Source: Malacoraja senta (taxonomy: Eukaryota). From it: a DNA stretch of 64,000 bases. Made by a program: the position numbers and the translations under genes. Position 1 is the first letter of the stretch. Each line of letters begins with the position of its first letter. Of this stretch, positions 49,816 to 62,896 are shown in pieces. The notes under the pieces were generated by a model. It had not been told where the DNA came from. It did not search any database and saw nothing but the letters and a program-made list of their open reading frames with translations. Location of the stretch: the NCBI GenBank assembly GCA_038087875.1, contig CM075995.1:5644001-5708000 (forward strand), read 5' to 3'.

Positions 49816-50112
49816 GGGTGGCACAGCGGTAGAGTTGCTGCCTTACAGCGCCAGACACCCGGGTTCAATCCTGACTATGGGTGCTGTCTGTACGGCGTTT
49901 GTACGTTCTCCCCGTGACCTGCATGGGTTTTCTCCGGGTGCTCCAGTTTCCTCCCACACCCCAAGGACGTACAGGTTTGTAGGTTAATTGGCTTCAGTAA
50001 AATTGTAAATTGTCCCTAATGCGTGAAATAATGCTAGTGCACGGGGTGATCGTTGGTCGGCGTGGACTCGATGGGCTGAAGGGCCTATTTCTGCTCTGCA
50101 TCTCTAGTCTAA
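49816..50112 (+). mobile_element. HE1-like SINE
   Basis: Head, core and tail. Confidence 0.86.
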
Positions 50113-53100
50113 CGTGAAGACGGTCTAAGACAACAGGATTGAAGAGTTACAAATTGTGAAGTGGTTTGTATGTGTATCAGTGGTGTGTGAGAGGCAAATT
50201 AGAATGTGACAAATTTAATTTGTTAAATTGGAGGAGATTCGAGAAAAAAAGAGATTTGAAGACCTGTAAGAAAATTGCACAAACAAACAAAACACGAGGG
50301 AACCTGTAGGTAAATGTCCACAAGACAATGCTGGTATTTTATCACACTCAGCAAGACATAATGACCTGTTGTTTTGGAACAGCCTGCAATATAAATCATG
50401 GAAAGTTTATTCGGCCCATTATGTTTATGGTGCTCAGTAAAGATCTGCCCACCGTAATTCCTCTTCCTTCCACTTCCTTGCACTTGCAGATCAAGATAAA
50501 AGGAAACTGTCCCATAAAGGTACTGTGCTGAAGACAGTAGGACTGTAGGATAGGACAGGTTTGGAGGGATATGGACCAAGCGCAGGCAGATGGGACTAGT
50601 GTAGCTGGGACATGTTGGCTGGTGTGGGCAAGATGGGTCGAAGGACCTGTTTCTACACTGTATCACTATGACTCAGTTTACCCTGCCTGTAGAAAGACTG
50701 CACTTTGCACTGTGAAGGTGCCTTCATGCTAAACCTGTGAACCAACAGCTTGAAGGAAGCACAAGAAATGGTAAAGAGACACATGTTCCATTAAGTTATG
50801 TATGTCTGGGAAAGCAGACATTAACATTGGCAGAATTACAGTGTATGTTTCTGGTTTAAGATTCCACTTGCAATAAACCTCTGAACAAGATTTGTATTTA
50901 CGTAGTGAATATTCGCTCCGTTTTCAAAATCGACAATGTGTTTGTAAGAGCGTTTGAATAACATATGGGTGGAATTTATGGAAAAGCATGAGATTGCAGA
51001 TACTGGAAGCCTGGAATGAGAACGGAAAATACGATAAATCTTCAGCAGATCTGGCACCTTCTGTAGCAAGAGAAATGGAGTTAACATTTCAGATCGAAGA
51101 CCTTACATCAGAGCTGATGCAGTATTCAATAGCTAGCTGGTGAAGAAGAACACATCAGACTTTACAACCATTGATTATCGCACATCTATACTGGGAACCA
51201 AAGATCCAAGATCTTTGCTGGGAACAGAAGTCTCAAAATGCGCAGGACTTTCAGTCCAACCCACTAGTCCTGTCCTCCTGTTAGCAGAGCAGCAATGAGC
51301 CTGGCACACTGTCCAGGTACTGATCCCATTGTGCCTCCTCCATGGGAGTACCAGCAATCCAGGTTCAACGTAAAAAAGGGGTTAAATCACAACAAAGCAA
51401 ATCTTTGCCCCTTCCTCAGCCCTTCAAAGGTCAGGAAAATCAACCCAAATATTTCTGGATAGGCAGAAGAATTCAAAAAATGGATAGTAATTTAAAATCA
51501 AACACAACCAGAGGAGGAGAGCCATTAAAATCCATCAATTAATGGAGAAAGTCTCATTACTGAGAGCTGCAGGAAATCAGTGTCAATCATCTACTACGTC
51601 ACCTCAAGTGAAGTGATTTCTGTCGGGACAGTGATTTATAGCATTACGTATTAAAATATGGATGTGTAAAGTGATTGCGTATCGCGATTATCCATCCAGT
51701 AACATCCTGAAGATCACCCATCACAATATTGCCTTCCCACTGACATGTTTATAATGATCTGAAATGATGCAATCATTTGTTTCTCTGTGTAAGGCAATCC
51801 CTTAAATGCTGCAATCAGATTGAGTCAAAATATCTTTTCACTGTTTGCTTTCAAAATCCTATACTTCTCTGGTCTTGGCAATAAGTCAATCTATTGATGC
51901 CAAGGATTGGTTTGGATTACCATCTAAATCATCATTTTCTGGTCCATCAGTCAAAGCTGGGCATTGTATTTGCCACATAGGTTTAACCAGAATAGTGTGT
52001 TGCAATCAGATGATATGCAGGTTTAACCACACAAAGTTCTATTTGCGATGGTTTACTCCATTAACAGGTCACGTTGAGTACCAAAGCCAATAGGAACCAA
52101 CTATCTCATGCCTCCCCATCTCTCAGATCCTAAACTTCAAATTTCTAAATAAAATCTTGTACATTTGCTGTATTTGCAGTGTTTCTATTTGCCCACTCTC
52201 CTATTTTATCCAAATACTTTGTGCCATTCTTAATTTTGTTTCCTCCAAAATCAAATTCCCCATTTAATTATACATCAAGTGGAAACCCAACTAATCCATC
52301 CTACCACCAGCTAGAGAGTGGTCCTGCCAACAATCTACCTCCTTGTGGATCTTTGAACTATCTTTAATCGGACTTTACTGGACTTGCACTAAACATTATA
52401 CCCTTTATCCTGGATCTGTACACTATGGACGGCTTGGTTGTAATTATGTATAGTCTTTTCGCTGACTGGATAGCACGCAACAACAAAAAGCTTCTCACTG
52501 TACCTCAGTGACAATAATAAATTAAACTAATTTGTATAAGATTTCCAAGTCACTTATGTTAAACACAAATGGTAGTATCACAGGAGCACCAATTCAGTGA
52601 CCTACTGCTTTTAACAGCAATCTCTCATCCATCGATATGATTCAACCATCATTCTGAATGCCTTGATGTTAATGTATCTCCTTTTCCATGGACCTCTCTC
52701 AAAATCTGTATCACATGGGATATTGGTTCATCAAAACAATTGATGGTATCTCATGAGATGGAATATTGTCTTTCTGAAACCATATTGGCTACTGCTTATC
52801 GCGTTACCATCAGTTAATCCACAAGTTTATTTCCAGTAATCACTTTTGTTATTTTACTCGAGTGTCGTGGACAGGACTTGCATTGGCTTGTCTTCCAGGT
52901 TTTGATGTATTGAACCTCCCCAGTAACCCAGTATTGTTCTAGTTTACTGCTGCCTCGTCATCAGCTCTTCCCCGGTGGCTATTAATGCTTCACATATCCC
53001 AATAGTCCAAGAAAAAATCATTGGCATGAGCCATCTTAACCTGGTCAACACTTGTACTGTTGGTCTATAATCTACCTGGGCAATATACGAGATACAATTC

Positions 53101-53168
53101 TCGGAAGGACACAGACATCTGTGCATTGTACCTTGAAATATGGAATGCAGGTTGATAAAGTGGTTAAA

Positions 53169-53483
53169 TGTTGGATTGCAACCTTGTCGTGGTCGGGGAG
53201 CTTGTGTGTCTCAGTAACCCCTAGTGCTATGCCAGCGGGAAATTAGTCTCCTGTATGGGTCTCCCATGCTGGACAGGGCGAAGGGTAGAGGCGAGACGAA
53301 GAGCGATCCACTGGTCCTCCAGGTTGGAGGTTGAGCACAGGGCTAACTAACAACCCTGTCTCGTAAAACAAACATGTTACAGAAACAGCAACTGAAGGAA
53401 ACAACACTACTGAGTTGAGGACCTTCGTTGCTGCCCTACATGCCAGGAGGCATAATAGGCAGTAAGTAAGTAAGTAAGTAAGT
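53169..53483 (+). mobile_element. Bipartite non-autonomous RTE element (5' UTR joined to 3' tail) with 11-bp TSD
   Basis: TSD aagtggttaaa at 53158-53168 and 53484-53494; head ccttgtcgtgg...gctatgcc...gatccactgg resembles the RTE 5' UTR; (AGTA)n tail; sits in an old CR1 (QVDKVVK|AHGILGFINR). Confidence 0.8.
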
Positions 53484-53847
53484 AAGTGGTTAAAGCACAT
53501 GGGATCTTGGGGTTTATAAATAGAAGCAAAGAGTACAAGAGAAAGGAAGTCATGACGACCTTTATAAAACACCGCTTCAGCCACAGTTGCAGTTCTGCGA
53601 GTCACATTTTAGAACAGATGTAAACGCTTTGTACAAGTGTAAATGAGGGGGAAAAAATCCAGAGACGTGGGACATTAGTTAGACGGGTAAATTTGAAAAG
53701 CAGGTGTTATCGTTGGAACAGAGGAGGCTGTGAAGGCATTTAACAGAAGCATTTAAAATCGTGAATGTTTGTACAGAGTGAATGGAGAAAAATTGTTCCT
53801 TTTAGGGGAGAAGTCAAGAATTAGTTATGGTGAGGGGGGGAAGAAAT

Positions 53848-54164
53848 GGACGGCACGGTGGCACAGCGGTAGAGTTGCTGCATTACAGCGCTAGAGACCC
53901 GTTTTCTGTCTGTACAGAGTTTGTATGTTCTCCCCGTGACCTTTATAAAACACCGCTTCAGCCACAGTTGCAGTTCTGCGACCACGTGGGTTTTCCCCGG
54001 GTGTCCCGGTTTCCTCCAAGGACGTACAGGTTTGTAGGTTAATTTGGCTTCGGTAAAACATATTGTAAATTGGCTCCAGTATAGGATAGTGCTGATATGC
54101 TGGTCGGCCCGGACTCGGTGGGCCGAAGGGTCTCTATCCGAGCTATATCTCCAAACTAAACTAA
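53848..54164 (+). mobile_element. HE1-like SINE carrying a 44-bp local templated insertion
   Basis: Head, core and tail; 53938-53981 is identical to 53557-53600. Confidence 0.85.
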
Positions 54165-54599
54165 TCAAAGATAATCTAAGTTAACAAAAAAATCAAATGT
54201 GGCAAATGGTTATGATGAAGAATGCACTACCAGGAGTAGAACTACACAGAGTTTTAATTGTGGTATTTTAATTTGAAACATTTACAGGACTATGGGGAAA
54301 GGAGAGGAGCCAGCACACACTCAAGAGCCACCTCTGTTCTGTAACCACTGTGATTTGGGGAAGGAATGCGACTTAAGCATGGTGCAGCTTACAGCTCCTA
54401 TTGGCAGTAGAGAGTCCTACTAGAAGAATGATGGTTAGGAATTTTCAACGGGAACAGCCAGCCCCTATCAAACATCACACATGGGGGTGGGAGGGGAGGA
54501 ATTTTGCATCATGACCATTCTACAACGTTGCCATTACAGTCAGGACGACAAAGATAAAAACTAGTATCAAGTTCCCCTCTGAGAAGAAGGAGCACATTG

Positions 54600-56345
54600 T
54601 TGATACTCTCAGTCACTCTGATTTACGGACTGGTTTCCAGGGACATATTCCAAGACGGACATCAAGTGCTGCTGGGCGGTCATCAACTCGATGAAATACA
54701 TTTGCCTGAAACTTGTTGATTTCCCATCAGAGCGGGATGTCCGTCTGGGAATGTTGCCGACCGCCCGGCTCCAGACTGCAGGGGTAGGTGCTTCTGACAT
54801 TTTCAACCTCTCACTTCTGAGGTCTGAGGTTCCCACCTGTTTCAAAAGGGCATCAATCATACCAGTGCCCAAGAAGAGCAAGGTGACGTGCCTCAATGAC
54901 TATCGACCTGTGGCACTAACGCCTGTGGTGATGAAGTGCTTTGAGAGGTTGATCATGGCGCAAATCAACTCCTACCTCGACAAAAACCTGGACCCACTGC
55001 AGTTCGCTTACCGCTACAATAGATCAACGGTGGATGCGATCTCGCTGGCCCTCCACTCCACTCTGGACCACTTGGACAACAAAAACTCATATGTCAGGCT
55101 GTTATTCATCGATTACAGCTCGGCATTTAATACAATCATCCCCTCCAAGCTGTTACCAAACTCGCAGAACTGGGTATCTGCGCATCCCTCTGCAATTGGA
55201 TCCTCGACTTCCTCATTCTCAGACCACAATCTGTTCATATTGGTGGAAATGTGTCAGACTCGATAACAATCAGCACGGGAGCACCTCAAGGCTGCGTGCT
55301 CAGCCCCCTGCTGTACTCACTCTATACCCATGACTGCGTAGCCAGTCATAGTGCGAACTCCATCATCAAGTTCGCTGACGACACCACTGTTGTGGGACGT
55401 ATCACTGATGGGGATGAGTCAGAGTATAGAAGAGAGATCGAGCAACTGTCCATATGGTGCCAGCACAATAACCTAGCCCTCAACACCAGCAAAACCAAGG
55501 AACTGATTGTGGACTTTGGAAGGAGTAGGATGGGGACCCACAGTCCCGTTTATACCAATGGGTCGATGGTTGAAAAGGTCAAGAGCTTCAAATTCCTGGG
55601 CGTGCACATCTATGAAGATTTTTCCTGGTCCGAGAACACTGATGCTACTATTAAGAAAGCACATCAGCGCCTCTACTTCCTGAGAAGATTACGGAGAGTC
55701 GGTTTGTCAAGGAGGACTCTCTCTAACTTCTACAGGTGCACAGTAGAGAGCACGCTGAACGGTTGCATCGTGGCTTGGTTCGGCAACTTGAGCGCCCTGG
55801 AGAGGAAAAGACTACAAAGAGTAGTAAACACTGCCCAGTCCATCATCGGCTCTGACCTCCCTTCCATCGAGGGGATCTATCGCAGTTGCTGCCTCAAAAA
55901 GGCTGGCAGTATCATCAAGGACCCACACCATCCTGGCCACACACTCATCTCCCTGCTACCTTCAGGTAGAAGATACAGGAGCCTGAAGACTGCAACGACC
56001 AGGTTCAGGAATAGCTACTTCCCCACAGCCATCAGGCTATTAAACTTGTCTCGGACAAAACTATGAACATTAATAGCCCATTATCTGTTATTTGCACTTT
56101 ATCAGTTTATTTATTCATGTGTGTATATATTTATATAATGATATATGGACACACTGATCTGTTTTGTAGTCAATGCCTACTATGTTCTGTTGTGCTGAAG
56201 CAAAGCAAGAATTTCATTGTCCTATCAGGGACACATGACAATAAACTCACTTGAACTTGAACTTGAACTTGACTCGCTGAAGTTTGATGTAGCCAACACC
56301 AAGGCTCTGTGGGGGAGGACTACCATTTGGGGTCCTACCGCTGTT
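54600..56345 (+). mobile_element. Possible Tx1/L1-clade 3' fragment (54600-54792 and 56272-56345) split by Rex1
   Basis: LIYGL...[15 protein letters not shown] sequence on the left and ...AKALWGRTT-like sequence on the right; family recognition from memory. Confidence 0.45.
54793..56271 (+). mobile_element. Rex1/Babar LINE, 5'-truncated RT and 3' UTR
   Basis: ORFs 54691..55266 and 55251..56066 (one frameshift): [41 protein letters not shown]; (cttgaa)n tail. Confidence 0.93.
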
Positions 56346-57904
56346 GCACATGGAGAGGCGGAGCGTAGTGGAGACCTGTGGTGGAGACCTGAGGTGAGAG
56401 AGTGGCAATGCACTTGCAAATCAGAATGGATGCATCTTGAAAGTAACTGGCAGGTGGTAGTTTTCCCATGTGCCTACTTTCCAAGGCTGTGATATCAGAG
56501 GTCACAGGTCTGAGAATCGGTGTCAGAGTAGCCCAAGCAAGTAACCGCAGTATACCGCAGTAGCTGGTACCAAAATGAAGCAGTAGCATAATGATGATGA
56601 TGGGACTTGATGGTCAGGGTGCAGAACATCCCATCATATTCCCGACTTGTGCCTTGTGGATGGAAACACTTTGGGGTATCAGAAGTGTCACTCATTACAG
56701 AATACCCACCTCTGACCTGCACTTGTAGCTACATTATTTGCAGGTATTCCAGTGGAGATTCTAGTCAATAGCAATCCAGAGATGTTTCCGTCTGAAGAAG
56801 GGTCCGACCCAAATCGTCACCCATCCTTTTTCTCCAGTGATGCTGCCTGACCCACTGAGTTACTCCAGCACTTCGTGTCTATCCGAGATGTTGAGAAAGG
56901 AGGACTTGGTGATAGTAATTGTACTGAATGTCAGGGGTATTGGTGTTGGAGGTGGTCAGTGTCTGGGAACTCTTGTGGCTTTAATGTTAATTGCCTTGTA
57001 TCAAGCCCACACCTCAATCTTGCCTGTCTGCTTGCATTAAAGTATGATATGGTTCATTTCATGAGGAGTTATAAATGAAATTAACAGTGCACAGTCAACC
57101 CCAGTACTGAACTTATTATAAAAGTACAATCATTGATGAAGCAGCTGAAGATGGCTGAGCCTGGACATTGTCTTGTGGAACTCTTGCATTGAGGTCCTGG
57201 GGCTGGGATGATTAACCTCCGATGGTCACAACTATCCTTCTTTGTGTGAGGAAAGACTTCAAGCATTGCTTGACATCCACTGATTTCAGCTTTATCGGGT
57301 TTCCTTGATGCCACACTTAGTCAAATGTTGCTTTGATGTCGAGGGCAGTCACTCTCGCCTACCTCTTGAATTGAGTACTTTGATCCAATAGACAACAGAC
57401 AATGGGTGCAGGAGTAGGCCATTCGCCCCTTCGAGCCAGCACCGCCATTCAATGTGATCATGGCTGATCATCCACAATCAGTACCCCAATCAGTATCCAT
57501 ATTTACACCAAAGTCAAGAGCCAAGTGGTTTGGTGGAAACTGAGCATCAACGAGCAGGTCAGTGGAGACCAAGTGTCGTTTGATGACACATTCCACAACT
57601 TTGCTGATAACTGAGTTGATTAATTGAACAGTAATTAAATGGGTTAGATTTAGGTGTAAAAAGCAAAGTGTTGGAGGACGTCTGTGGATCAGGCAGCATC
57701 TGTAGTGGGAATGGGCAGATGACATTTTACATTGAGACCTTTCTTCAAACTAAATGAAGTAGGGGTGAGAAAGCTGGAAAAGAGAGCGGGGGGCAGGACA
57801 AAGCTTGGCAAGTGACAGGTGGATACAGGTGAGGTGACTGAGAGATGAATGGAGTAAGTGACAAAGACTAGAGGTGAAAAGATGAGCTCGCCTTTCATCC
57901 CCAA

Positions 57905-58505
57905 GTCCTTCATAAGGCTTAGGAAGTTCGGCATCTCCCCAACAACTCTCACCAACTTCTACAGATGCGCCTTGGAAAGCATTTTATCGTGCTGCATCAC
58001 AGCATGGTTTGGGAACAGCTCCATACAAGACCGCAAGAAATTGCAGAGTTGTGTATGCACCCCAGTCCATCACATAAACCAACCTCTCTTCCATTGCATC
58101 CATTTACACTTCACGCTGCCTCGGCAAGTCCACCAGCATAATCAAGGACGAGTCTCACCTGGGTCACTCCCTCTTCTCCCCTCTTCCATCAGGCAAGAAG
58201 TATGAAAATTTGAAAATGCACACCTCCAGATCCAGGGATAGTTTTTTCCCCCAGCTGTTATCAGATAACTAAACCATCTTCTCACCAGCTAGCGAGGTCC
58301 TGACCTCCCATCTACCTCATTGGAGACTTTCAAACTATATTTAATCGGACTCCACTGGACTTTATCTTGCACTAAATCTTATACTCTTTATCCTGCATCT
58401 GTGCACTGTGATCGGCTTGATTGTAATCATGCTATCCAGTCAGTATTTTGCTGACTGGATAGCATGCAACAAAAAAGCTTGTACATGAGACAAATATAAA
58501 TTAAA
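57905..58505 (+). mobile_element. Rex1-like LINE 3' end; source family of the many ggactttactggac...cactgtacctc...gacaataaa tail repeats
   Basis: RLRKFGISPTTLTNFYRCALESILSCCITAWFGN followed by a tail also seen at ~280, 26150, 40980, 44880, 52300 and 61130. Confidence 0.75.
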
Positions 58506-59883
58506 ACATATTTTCACTTTTATCCCCCAACTTTCCCCTTCCCCTGTCCTTTCCATCCATGTCCCTTCCTCTAGCTTAATATTTTACTCCTCTTCTTCTT
58601 TCCTTATCTGATAAACTTCTGTCTCCTTTACATCTTTAGGATGACACATACTTCACCTGTCTGCCCGTTCTCCGTGCACCTGTATCCACCTATCACTTGC
58701 CACATTTTGCCCGACCCCCACCTCTCTTTCTCTGCTTTCTCTCCCCTCTTTCAGTCTGAAGAATGGTCCCAACCCAATATGTCATCTGTCCATTCCCTCC
58801 ACAGAGGCTGCATCACAGATTGTGTTCCCCCAGCCCAGTCTTTTGAATCTACGTTTTCTTGTGTCTGCAGATTGGATTTATCCTTCTTTTTGTCTATTGT
58901 CCAAAATTTCGCATTTTTGCCCATGTTCAGTACTTGGTTGTGAATGCATCATTTATGCCTTCAGCAGCAGCTTGATGGGTCTTGTCACTGAAGATGGGGA
59001 TATTCTTGGACTGCCTCATCCCAGCAGCCATTTACTTGTCCACCGCTATTCACAACTAGATGGAGTGGGTCTGCCGAGCTTTGATCTGGTCCGTGTATGT
59101 GAGAACATTTAGCATTGTCAATTGCAGGTTGTTTTTGCCATTTATTTTTCACACTTCTGTCCTACACCACAGCCTCAACGAGTCTGGAACTGAAGGCAGG
59201 ATGCAACAATTCATAAATTCCCTCCCAAGTAACCAAATCCCAAGACGTTAAATTAACTGACTATCTCCGTAGGAACACATCAAAACAAAAATCACTCAGG
59301 CCTAGTTACGAAGAAGCTATACCAGCTTGTGGGCCTGCAACGTTATATCAGAAAGCTTCATGAGACAACATTAAAGAAAGACCAACATTTGCGTGGAAGC
59401 AGATTGGGAACAAAGTTCTTCACCTTTGAACCCTTTACAAATAATCCCACAACCAATGTTCTCAAAGTGTAGATTTTCTTTTCTACAGTTGGTACTTTGG
59501 AACTCCATAAATTATTTATTGTATTAAATATATTGTTTTCTTCTTCTGGTAATGGATTTCCATCTCAAGGATTTGGCATTTAAGGCCCGGAAAGTGCCTT
59601 GGACAATTCAATCAGTGTATTTTTAGATCAGATACAAACCTGAATATAGAATTTCACGTTAGAAACGCAAACTGCCTGGACAAAGGAGGGCAAACAAAAA
59701 AAGCTGATTTTTTTTTTAGTGGAGAGGAGAAACCACTGAAGTGCCCATTGCATGCACACACAAAGCACTGCACAGAGCAAGAGGCGACAGATTAGAGAGG
59801 GAAGCGTTATTTGAAAGTGTAAGGCCTTGATTTCCAACCATGCAGTGAGAGTACACAAAGTAACTGTCCAATTGGATTCTTAC

Positions 59884-59919
59884 CAGGGCTTCATAATCTT
59901 CTGTAGTTTCTGATAACGT
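59884..59919 (-). CDS. ELMO1: ELMO1 36-nt exon (human exon ~7): (x)RYQKLQKIMKP(C)
   Basis: Minus strand aatttttgcag|ACGTTATCAGAAACTACAGAAGATTATGAAGCCCTG|gtaaga; phase 2-2; TG plus C of the next exon gives Cys. Confidence 0.95.
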
Positions 59920-60604
59920 CTGCAAAAATTTAAAAACTTTCACATATTACACAGTTCTAAAAAAAAACAACTTACACAGACTGCCAATAGGCGACCTTTG
60001 CACCCTGAATTTTTTTCTCTGCTCTCTTTCATAAGTCAAAGAGACATTTTAAATACTCAAAATAGTTTTCAAAATCCAACAATTTTATAAGCCAGGACAG
60101 AAGTAACTTTCCCCACTCACAATAACCTCTTGGTCCTAGACAGATGGAGTGATGCAATGGTTTTCCAAATCTCACAGCAATAAGCTTTTGAGTGAGTTAC
60201 ATGGTCATGTGCAAGGAGAGTGTACACAATAGAAAGTGCAAACCTCGTTTGTTAAACCCCACTCCAGCCCCAGCAAAAGGGTGGGTGCGTGGAGAAGGCG
60301 GGAAAAAGACCAAAAGGAAAAAATAATTATTTATAATTACTGTGCACAAAATTCCACGATACTCCCCGGACAAGGATAAACAAGAGCTGTAAAGAAAGAT
60401 CATATACTACAAAGCCCATGATGTTTCTTCCTGTTACCTTGTTAATCCAATTAACCAGGCTTCACCCCCATAAAACTGGCACTTGAGATACTTATTCTAT
60501 CAAAAGTTGCTTCCACTTGTGAATAGTGTATTCAGGTTCTTTTCGACACACTTCAGAGAATTATTTTAATTTCCCTTCTGGTTTCTGGTGCAATTTCTTA
60601 CGGC

Positions 60605-61115
60605 CCCAAGGTCAACTAATGCTCTCTTGAACTTCTACAGGTGTACAGTAGAGTGCGTATTGACTGGTCGCATCACGGCCTGGTTCAGCAACCCGAATGC
60701 TCAGGAACGAAAGAGATTACAAGAAGTAGTGGCTACTGCCCAGTCCATCATTGGTACTGGCCTCCCCACCATCAAAGTACTCTATAATAGGCGTTGCTTC
60801 AAAAAGGCAGTCGGCATCATCAGGGACCCACATCACCCTGGCCATGCTCTCATTTCAATCCTGTCATCAGGAAGAAGGTATAGGAGTCTGAAAACCATCC
60901 AGCTTCATGAACAGCATTCCAAATGCTAACTAAACCATGAACTATGAACTGTCTTGGTTGCACTAAAGACTTTGCAATAATATTGTTTTTTTTAATTATT
61001 TGAATTGTTTTGTATTTATGTTATCCATGAGTACTGTGTTTACTGGGCTGTAATACTGCTGTAAGTAAGAATGTCATTGTTCCGTTTTCATACGACAATT
61101 TAACACTTTTGACTC
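60605..61115 (+). mobile_element. Rex1-like LINE 3' fragment
   Basis: [19 protein letters not shown]...[24 protein letters not shown]. Confidence 0.82.
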
Positions 61116-61354
61116 AGTTGATAACAGTTTCTTCCCAGCTGTTATCAGGCAACTAAACCGTCCTACCAACAACTAGTGAGCAGTCCTGAGCTTCTATCTA
61201 CCTCATTGAAGACCCTCGGACTATCTTTTATCGGACTTTACTGGACTTTATCTTGCACTAAACATTATTCCCTTTATCATGTATTTGTACACTGTGAATG
61301 GCTCAATTCTAATCATGCATTGTCTTTCCGCTGACAGGTTAGCACGCAACCAGT

Positions 61355-61647
61355 GCAGCATGGTGGCGCAGCGGTAGAGTTGCTGCCTTACAGCGCTTGC
61401 AACGCCAGAGACCCGGGTTCGATCCCGACTACGGTGCTGTCTCTACGGAGTTTGTCCGTTCTCCCCGTGACCTGCGTGGGTTTTCTCCGAGATCTTCTGT
61501 TTCCTCCCACACTACAAAGACGTACAGGTTTGTAGATTAATTGGCTTGGTATAAATGTAAATTGTCCATAGTGTTAGTGCGGGGATTGCTGTTCAGTGCG
61601 GACTTGGTGGGCCGAGGAGTCTGTTCTGTACCTCTAAACTAAACTAA
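61355..61647 (+). mobile_element. HE1-like SINE inserted in a Rex1-like tail
   Basis: Head, core and tail; the flanking tail sequence agcacgcaac|...|aagcttttcactgtacc resumes. Confidence 0.85.
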
Positions 61648-61941
61648 AAACTAGAAGCTTTTCACTGTACCTCAGTACACGTGACAATAAATTAAACTTG
61701 CAAAAGTATATCAAGACACTTCTTCGGCTCCACTAACACTATGTCCTATACTGTCCCCATCCACAGAGAGTCGTATCTCCAAACAAAACTAAACTAAACC
61801 ATTTACAGAAGATAGACTATAGATTATTCTCCTCTTTTTGTCCGCATACATTTTATTTTATGTTCCACACAGATTTCCCCACCTCCTTCTTTATCTCAAC
61901 CTGCCAGCAAGTTTCTTTTCTCCTGCTATTTCATCCAGCTT

Positions 61942-62896
61942 ACAGTCATAGAGTCATGGTGATACAGTGTGGAAACAGGCCCTTCGTTCCAACACGCCCA
62001 CACTGGCCAACAATGTCCCAACTACACTAGTCCCACTTGCCTGCGCTTGGTCCCTATCCCTCCAAACCTGTCCTTTCCATGTACCTGTCTGTTTCTTAAA
62101 CGATGGGATAGTCCCAGCCTCAACTACCTCCTCTGGCTGCTTGTTCCATACACCCACCACCCTTTATGTGAAAATGTTACCCCTCAGATTCCTACTAAAT
62201 CTTTTCCCCTTCACCTTGAACCTATGTCCTCTGTTCCTCGATTTCCCTACTCTGGGCAAAAGACTCTGTGCATCTACCCGATCTATTCCTTTCATGATTT
62301 TGCATACCTCTATAAGATCCCCCCTCATCCTCTTACGCTCCATGGAATAGAGACCCAGCCTACTGAACCTCTCCCTATAGCTCACACCCTCTAGTCCTGG
62401 CAACATCCTCGTAAATCTTTTCTGAACCCTTTCAAGCTTGACAATATCTTTCCTATAACATGGTGCCCAGAACTGAACAATATTCTAAATGTGGTCTCAC
62501 CAACGTCTTATACAACTGTAACATGACCTCCCAACTTCAATACTCAATACTCTGACTGATGAAGGCCAAAGTGCCAAAAGACCTTTTGACCACCTTATCT
62601 ACCTGTGACTCGACCTTCAAGGAACTATGCACCTGTACTCCCTGATCCCTCTGCTCTACAACACTACCCAGAGGCCTAACATTTACTGTGTAGGTCCTGC
62701 CCTAGTTCGATGTCCCAAAATGCAACATCTCACACTTCTCTGTATTAAATTCCATCAACCATTCCTCCGCCCACCTGGCCAATCGATCCAGATCCTGCTG
62801 CGATCCTTCACAACCATCTTCACTATCTGCAAAACCACTAACTTTTGTATCATCAGCAAACTTGCTAATCTTGCCCTGTATGTTCTCATCCAAATC
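61942..62896 (-). mobile_element. CR1 (HER1-like) 3' kilobase
   Basis: ISKFADDTKV, WLMEFNTEKC, MLPGLEGVSYRER, RVVGVWNK-like motif. Confidence 0.9.

Larger units (their letters stand above)
16724..59919 (-). other. ELMO1: ELMO1 (engulfment and cell motility 1) gene, partial; extends beyond both window ends
   Basis: Six minus-strand exons in correct order with compatible phases. Peptides [31 protein letters not shown] and [26 protein letters not shown] match ELMO1 rather than ELMO2/3 as recalled. Confidence 0.95.

Noticed and set aside
53169..53260. HDV-like ribozyme in the RTE-derived head (acc-ttgtcgt-ggt hairpin)
   Set aside because: I could not build P1/P1.1/P2 in the required order by eye; left as an untested possibility only.
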